The position numbers were made by a program, and so were the translations under genes. From an uncultured Gammaproteobacteria bacterium (GTDB lineage: Bacteria; Patescibacteriota; Microgenomatia; Levybacterales; UBA12049), in NCBI GenBank assembly GCA_964472285.1, contig CAYYJP010000002.1, positions 1 through 37,550 of the forward strand: DNA of 37,550 nucleotides. The letters run 5' to 3'. The notes under the pieces were generated by a model that did no database searches, was not told the DNA's origin, and saw nothing but the letters and a program-made list of their open reading frames with translations. Shown piece by piece: positions 34,421-37,550 of the stretch. How positions within the stretch are numbered: the first letter of the stretch is position 1; every line of letters begins with the position of its first letter.

Positions 34421-35284
34421 ATGGGAAGGAAATTATTTGTAGTATTTATACTACTTTTTTGTTTTTTATTGGGATCTAGGCCTTTGGATGAAGGTTATGC
34501 CATTAGTTGTAAAAACTCAAGACCTTTAACTGCTCCTATACTTTTATCAGCACAAGCAAAAGATAGAAGTGTTGTTTTGGTATGGCAGGAGGCAGCAGAT
34601 CCGGTAACTCATTATTTAGTTGCTTATTCAAGAAATGAAACAGACCTTGAATATGGAAATCCAAACGTTGGGTCAAAGGGTACAACTACATATACAGTTA
34701 CAGAACTAACAAATGGAGTAAAGTATTACTTTAAAGTACGTGGTGAGAATGGTTGTAAGCCTGGAAAATTTTCTAATAAGCTTTCAGCAATAGCAGGATA
34801 TCCAAATGGATTTACAGTTTCAAGACAACCTAATTTATCAATTTATAGAACTGTTGAGGGAGCAAGTGAATCAGCAAACGTAGAGGAAGTTGAAGATGAA
34901 AAAGCACCACCACCTGCACCATTAACAACGGTTGAAGGGCAATCATTAAGTTGCACAACTTGTATAGGGTTACAAATGCTTGGAATAGAATTATTGCTTT
35001 TAATTAGCTTTTTCTATTTTGCTAAAAGGTATTTAGTTTTAAAAAGAATTTATTCTTTACTAATACCAATTACATTATATTTAGTTTTTTACAAGATTAA
35101 TGGGGTATGTCCTAATGATAATTTTTGGTGTCAATATTTTCCTCAACTAAATGTAATTTTATTTATGGCTTTTATAATCATTTATAAAAATAAATATTTA
35201 AATTTAAATTTTAAATTTATGGAAAATTTATTAAAAAATAAAAATGTTAAAAAAACAGTAAATAAAAAAAGGAAGAAAAAGTAA
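34421..35284 (+). CDS. Secreted fibronectin type III domain protein with a C-terminal 3-TM anchor
   Basis: Signal peptide MGRKLFVVFILLFCFLLGS, an FN3 pattern (SVVLVWQEA..YLVAY.....YTVTELTNGVKYYFKVRGEN), an acidic/Pro linker, three hydrophobic helices and a Lys-rich tail. The start is taken at ATG 34421 rather than the TTG at 34385. Confidence 0.7.
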   Translation: MGRKLFVVFILLFCFLLGSRPLDEGYAISCKNSRPLTAPILLSAQAKDRSVVLVWQEAADPVTHYLVAYSRNETDLEYGNPNVGSKGTTTYTVTELTNGVKYYFKVRGENGCKPGKFSNKLSAIAGYPNGFTVSRQPNLSIYRTVEGASESANVEEVEDEKAPPPAPLTTVEGQSLSCTTCIGLQMLGIELLLLISFFYFAKRYLVLKRIYSLLIPITLYLVFYKINGVCPNDNFWCQYFPQLNVILFMAFIIIYKNKYLNLNFKFMENLLKNKNVKKTVNKKRKKK

Positions 35285-35286
35285 TT

Positions 35287-37550
35287 ATGGAATCATTTAT
35301 TTCTAACATTCAATTATTTTTAGCAGATATACCATTTTACTCACAACAGTATTTAGATAGGTATTCATATCTAGTACCGCTTGGAGTAATAGGTATTTGG
35401 AGATGGTCTGTTTGGATGATGAAAGAAATCATTGGTCTTCATTATCATCCTAAGACAGGTGCATATAAAGCAAGCGTGTCTATTATTACGCCTGTTTATA
35501 ATGAGAATCCAATAATATTCACTCAAGCTTTGGAATCTTGGGAGAAAAATAAACCTGCAGAAATAATTGCCGTTATTGATTACACAGATAAGGTTTGTAT
35601 TAATATTTTTGAAAAATTTAAGAAAACTTTCCCTGGCGCAGTATTAATTATTACCAAAATCCCTGGGAAAAGACAGGCATTAGTTGATGGAATAAAAGTA
35701 GCAAAAAGTGAAATCGTTGCATTGGTTGATAGTGATACTATTTGGGCAAATGATACTTTAGAAAATGGACTTCCTCCCTTTAATGATAAGAAAATGGCAG
35801 GAGTTGCTACATATCAAAGTGTTTTAAATCCTAAGACTTTTGCACAAAAAATCTTTGATATACAGCTTGATTTAAGATACAAACATGAATACCCATTCTT
35901 AGCTGCTTGTGGTAATGCTCTTGTTTGTCTATCAGGAAGAACAGCGTTCTATAAAAGAGATGTAGTAACACCTATGCTTGATGATCTTGTTAATGAAAAG
36001 TTTTTAGGAAGACCAGTTATTTCTGGAGATGATAAAAGATTAACATACTTAGTTTTAGCAGCAGGATATAAAGTTGCATATCAAAGTAATTCTCATGTCT
36101 ACACACCAGGAATGGAAAGTCTAAGAGCATATCTTAAGCAAAGGTTAAGATGGACAAGGAATGGATTAAGAGCAGATCTTGGAGCAATACTTAGTGGTTG
36201 GCCATTAAGACATCCAGCACTACTATTTTTCCAAGTAGATAAATTTTTACAATCATTTGTAGTTATACTTAGCCCAATTTATTTCTTTGTTTCATTGTAT
36301 CTTCAACTCTGGGTTGCAGCAGCAGTAATTTTCTGCTGGTGGTTTGTTAGTAGGACTATCAAAATTCATCCATATTTATCAAAAAATCCTAAAAATATCT
36401 ATATAGTTCCTGGATATGTTTTATATTCTTTCTTTACTGGTTTAGTTAAAATATATTCTTTCTTTACTCTTAATACGCAAGGTTGGATAACAAGGTGGGA
36501 TAAATCAAGACTTCCACATATTAAATTTATTAACGCGCTCCCTCCTTATATTGCAACTCTTGGAGTAGTATTATTTTTAGCTTATGGAGTTTATTTATAT
36601 AAACAACATACATATTTAATTCCTCAAATACAAAGACAGCAATTATTGTCACAAGCTTTGCCTTCTGATACAAAAACAATTGCAAGCGCAGCAGTATTGG
36701 GTACTTACTCTGTGCAGAAAGATCTTTTAGCAAAACGCTATGAAGTTTTGGGAAATGAAAGCTTAGATCAAATTGCAGATAAATTTAGCGTTAATAGTGA
36801 ACAACTCTATTTTGCAAATATGGCTAAAGCACCAAATAGAGTTATTGAAAAAGGACAAGTAATATCCATTCCAGGAAAAGATATAACATTAGCAGGTGAA
36901 CAAAGTCTTGTAAGACCAGTTAGAGACGCAAGTGTTATTAGTGTTTCTTATGACAGTAAGACAAATACTCTTTTAGTAACTGGAAGAGGAAAGGTTATTA
37001 CTCTTAAAGACATTTTAAATAGAGGTGGAAAAAATTATATTTCCGAGATAGCTCCATATACATGGCTTTCAAAAGCAACTATTTTCCTTGCAGATGGATT
37101 AACACTTAAGTTAGATAAAAACGAAGTAAAGTGGCTTAAGCTTGAGAGCAATAAAGATGGTTTTGCAATGCTTAGAGGAAGAAATAGCGACATTATTATA
37201 AATGGGGTAAAAATTACATCTTGGGATAGTACAAAAAATGATTATGATACAAATCTAAACGATGGTAGAAGTTTTATCATGGTTAAAGACAATTCAAGGA
37301 TGGATTTATATGATTCTGAAATTTCTTATCTTGGATATCCAACATCATCAGATATAACAGTTTCTCCATATGGAATATCATGGAAATTATCAAGCTTAAA
37401 GTTGAAGAAAAATCTTTTAACAGGAGAAGTTATTAACAGTAAATTCCATCATAACTATTTTGGAGCATTTACATATGGTGCAACAGGAATGGTTTGGAGA
37501 GGCAATGAATTCTATAGCAATATTAGATATGGTCTAGATCCTCATGATGA
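35287..37550 (+). CDS. Processive GT2 polysaccharide synthase (HAS/NodC-like) fused to LysM and a right-handed beta-helix (AlgG/AlgE-type); 3' end outside the window
   Basis: Absent from the ORF track. My translation from ATG 35287 stays open for 754 codons to the window end. It has PVYNE (35491-35505), DSD (35728-35736), GDDKRLT (36025-36045), QRLRW (36139-36153) and several TM helices. It also has LysM (YEVLGNESLDQIADKFSVNSEQLYFANMAKAPNRVIEKGQVISIPG, 36739-36876) and a beta-helix-like C-terminal region ending in YGLDPHD (37528-37548). Confidence 0.85.
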   Translation, partial: MESFISNIQLFLADIPFYSQQYLDRYSYLVPLGVIGIWRWSVWMMKEIIGLHYHPKTGAYKASVSIITPVYNENPIIFTQALESWEKNKPAEIIAVIDYTDKVCINIFEKFKKTFPGAVLIITKIPGKRQALVDGIKVAKSEIVALVDSDTIWANDTLENGLPPFNDKKMAGVATYQSVLNPKTFAQKIFDIQLDLRYKHEYPFLAACGNALVCLSGRTAFYKRDVVTPMLDDLVNEKFLGRPVISGDDKRLTYLVLAAGYKVAYQSNSHVYTPGMESLRAYLKQRLRWTRNGLRADLGAILSGWPLRHPALLFFQVDKFLQSFVVILSPIYFFVSLYLQLWVAAAVIFCWWFVSRTIKIHPYLSKNPKNIYIVPGYVLYSFFTGLVKIYSFFTLNTQGWITRWDKSRLPHIKFINALPPYIATLGVVLFLAYGVYLYKQHTYLIPQIQRQQLLSQALPSDTKTIASAAVLGTYSVQKDLLAKRYEVLGNESLDQIADKFSVNSEQLYFANMAKAPNRVIEKGQVISIPGKDITLAGEQSLVRPVRDASVISVSYDSKTNTLLVTGRGKVITLKDILNRGGKNYISEIAPYTWLSKATIFLADGLTLKLDKNEVKWLKLESNKDGFAMLRGRNSDIIINGVKITSWDSTKNDYDTNLNDGRSFIMVKDNSRMDLYDSEISYLGYPTSSDITVSPYGISWKLSSLKLKKNLLTGEVINSKFHHNYFGAFTYGATGMVWRGNEFYSNIRYGLDPHD

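Noticed and set aside
13783-34421. N-terminally extended versions of track ORFs (13783..14313, 16026..17408, 19071..19496, 19583.., 20907.., 21856..22980, 29986..30306, 32870.., 34385..).
   Set aside because: The extensions start at TTG or GTG, or overlap a neighbouring gene or promoter box. Internal ATGs give sensible N-termini (signal/TM segments or conserved starts) and fit the promoter spacing.
36422-36468. A 17-nt direct repeat TATATTCTTTCTTTACT occurring twice, 30 nt apart, inside the synthase ORF.
   Set aside because: It is in frame and encodes a duplicated YSFFT in a TM segment. It is probably a small slippage duplication or codon-bias coincidence, with no evidence of regulatory function.
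187-36733. About 22 short ORFs on the track that lie antisense or out of frame inside longer genes: 187..462, 1091..1309, 2107..2487, 4179..4403, 5080..5265, 5322..5564, 7308..7502, 9692..9886, 10788..10970, 12321..12632, 13115..13375, 15117..15368, 16042..16266, 16729..16920, 19175..19381, 20610..20816, 23114..23374, 24205..24390, 26176..26619, 27140..27325, 27894..28088, 36530..36733.
   Set aside because: Each is fully nested in a longer ORF that has clear family motifs. Their products are low-complexity Ser/Phe/Ile/Lys-rich strings typical of shadow frames in AT-rich DNA.
1-37550. Scan for CRISPR arrays, rRNA genes, reverse transcriptase (DGR, retron or group II intron) and integrases.
   Set aside because: I saw no regularly spaced repeats, no RT (YxDD) or tyrosine/serine recombinase motifs in any long ORF, and no rRNA-like conserved stretches.

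Overview
This is a low-GC, very compact bacterial sequence using the standard code (TGA is used as a stop). The gene set includes DUF5679-, DUF4446- and DUF3048-like proteins, an archaeal-type AspRS, a short GluRS and many tiny membrane proteins. That mix suggests a Patescibacteria/CPR-type genome, which is an inference only. The window has four parts. (1) 1-8.3 kb is a nucleotide-sugar and glycosylation cluster: rfbB (partial), an rmlD-like gene, ugd, rmd, gmd, uxs, a GT2-GtrA fusion and a GT-C glycosyltransferase. (2) 8.3-25.4 kb is housekeeping: two tiny zinc-ribbon genes, secD, secF, yqeY, an ABC exporter, cca, recJ, aspS, a DacB-like PBP, gltX and an MFS transporter. (3) An accessory island runs from tRNA-Gln(CUG) at 25448 to about 34.0 kb. 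It holds orphan genes, a coupled pair of small genes, at least three gene remnants (alpha/beta-hydrolase, glutamate dehydrogenase, Nramp) and a kinase-like ORF that ends at its metal-binding Asp. It also holds a Crp/Fnr regulator, an Excalibur-domain operon, a HicB-HicA-like module, an IS1595-family transposase and an ImmA/IrrE metalloprotease paired with a membrane protein. (4) From 34.4 kb to the window end there is a secreted FN3 membrane protein followed by an ORF of more than 754 codons that is absent from the supplied ORF track because it has no stop in the window. My hand translation shows an HAS/NodC-like processive GT2 synthase fused to LysM and to a beta-helix ending in the AlgG/AlgE-type YG-DPHD motif. 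I rate this synthase-modifier fusion, with its FN3 partner, as the most interesting candidate system. The ImmA-plus-membrane-protein cassette and the tRNA-flanked island come second. Many genes carry a -10 box only 5-9 nt upstream of the ATG and no Shine-Dalgarno sequence, which looks leaderless. I saw no CRISPR array, rRNA, integrase or reverse transcriptase. All family assignments come from motif recognition by eye, not from searches.
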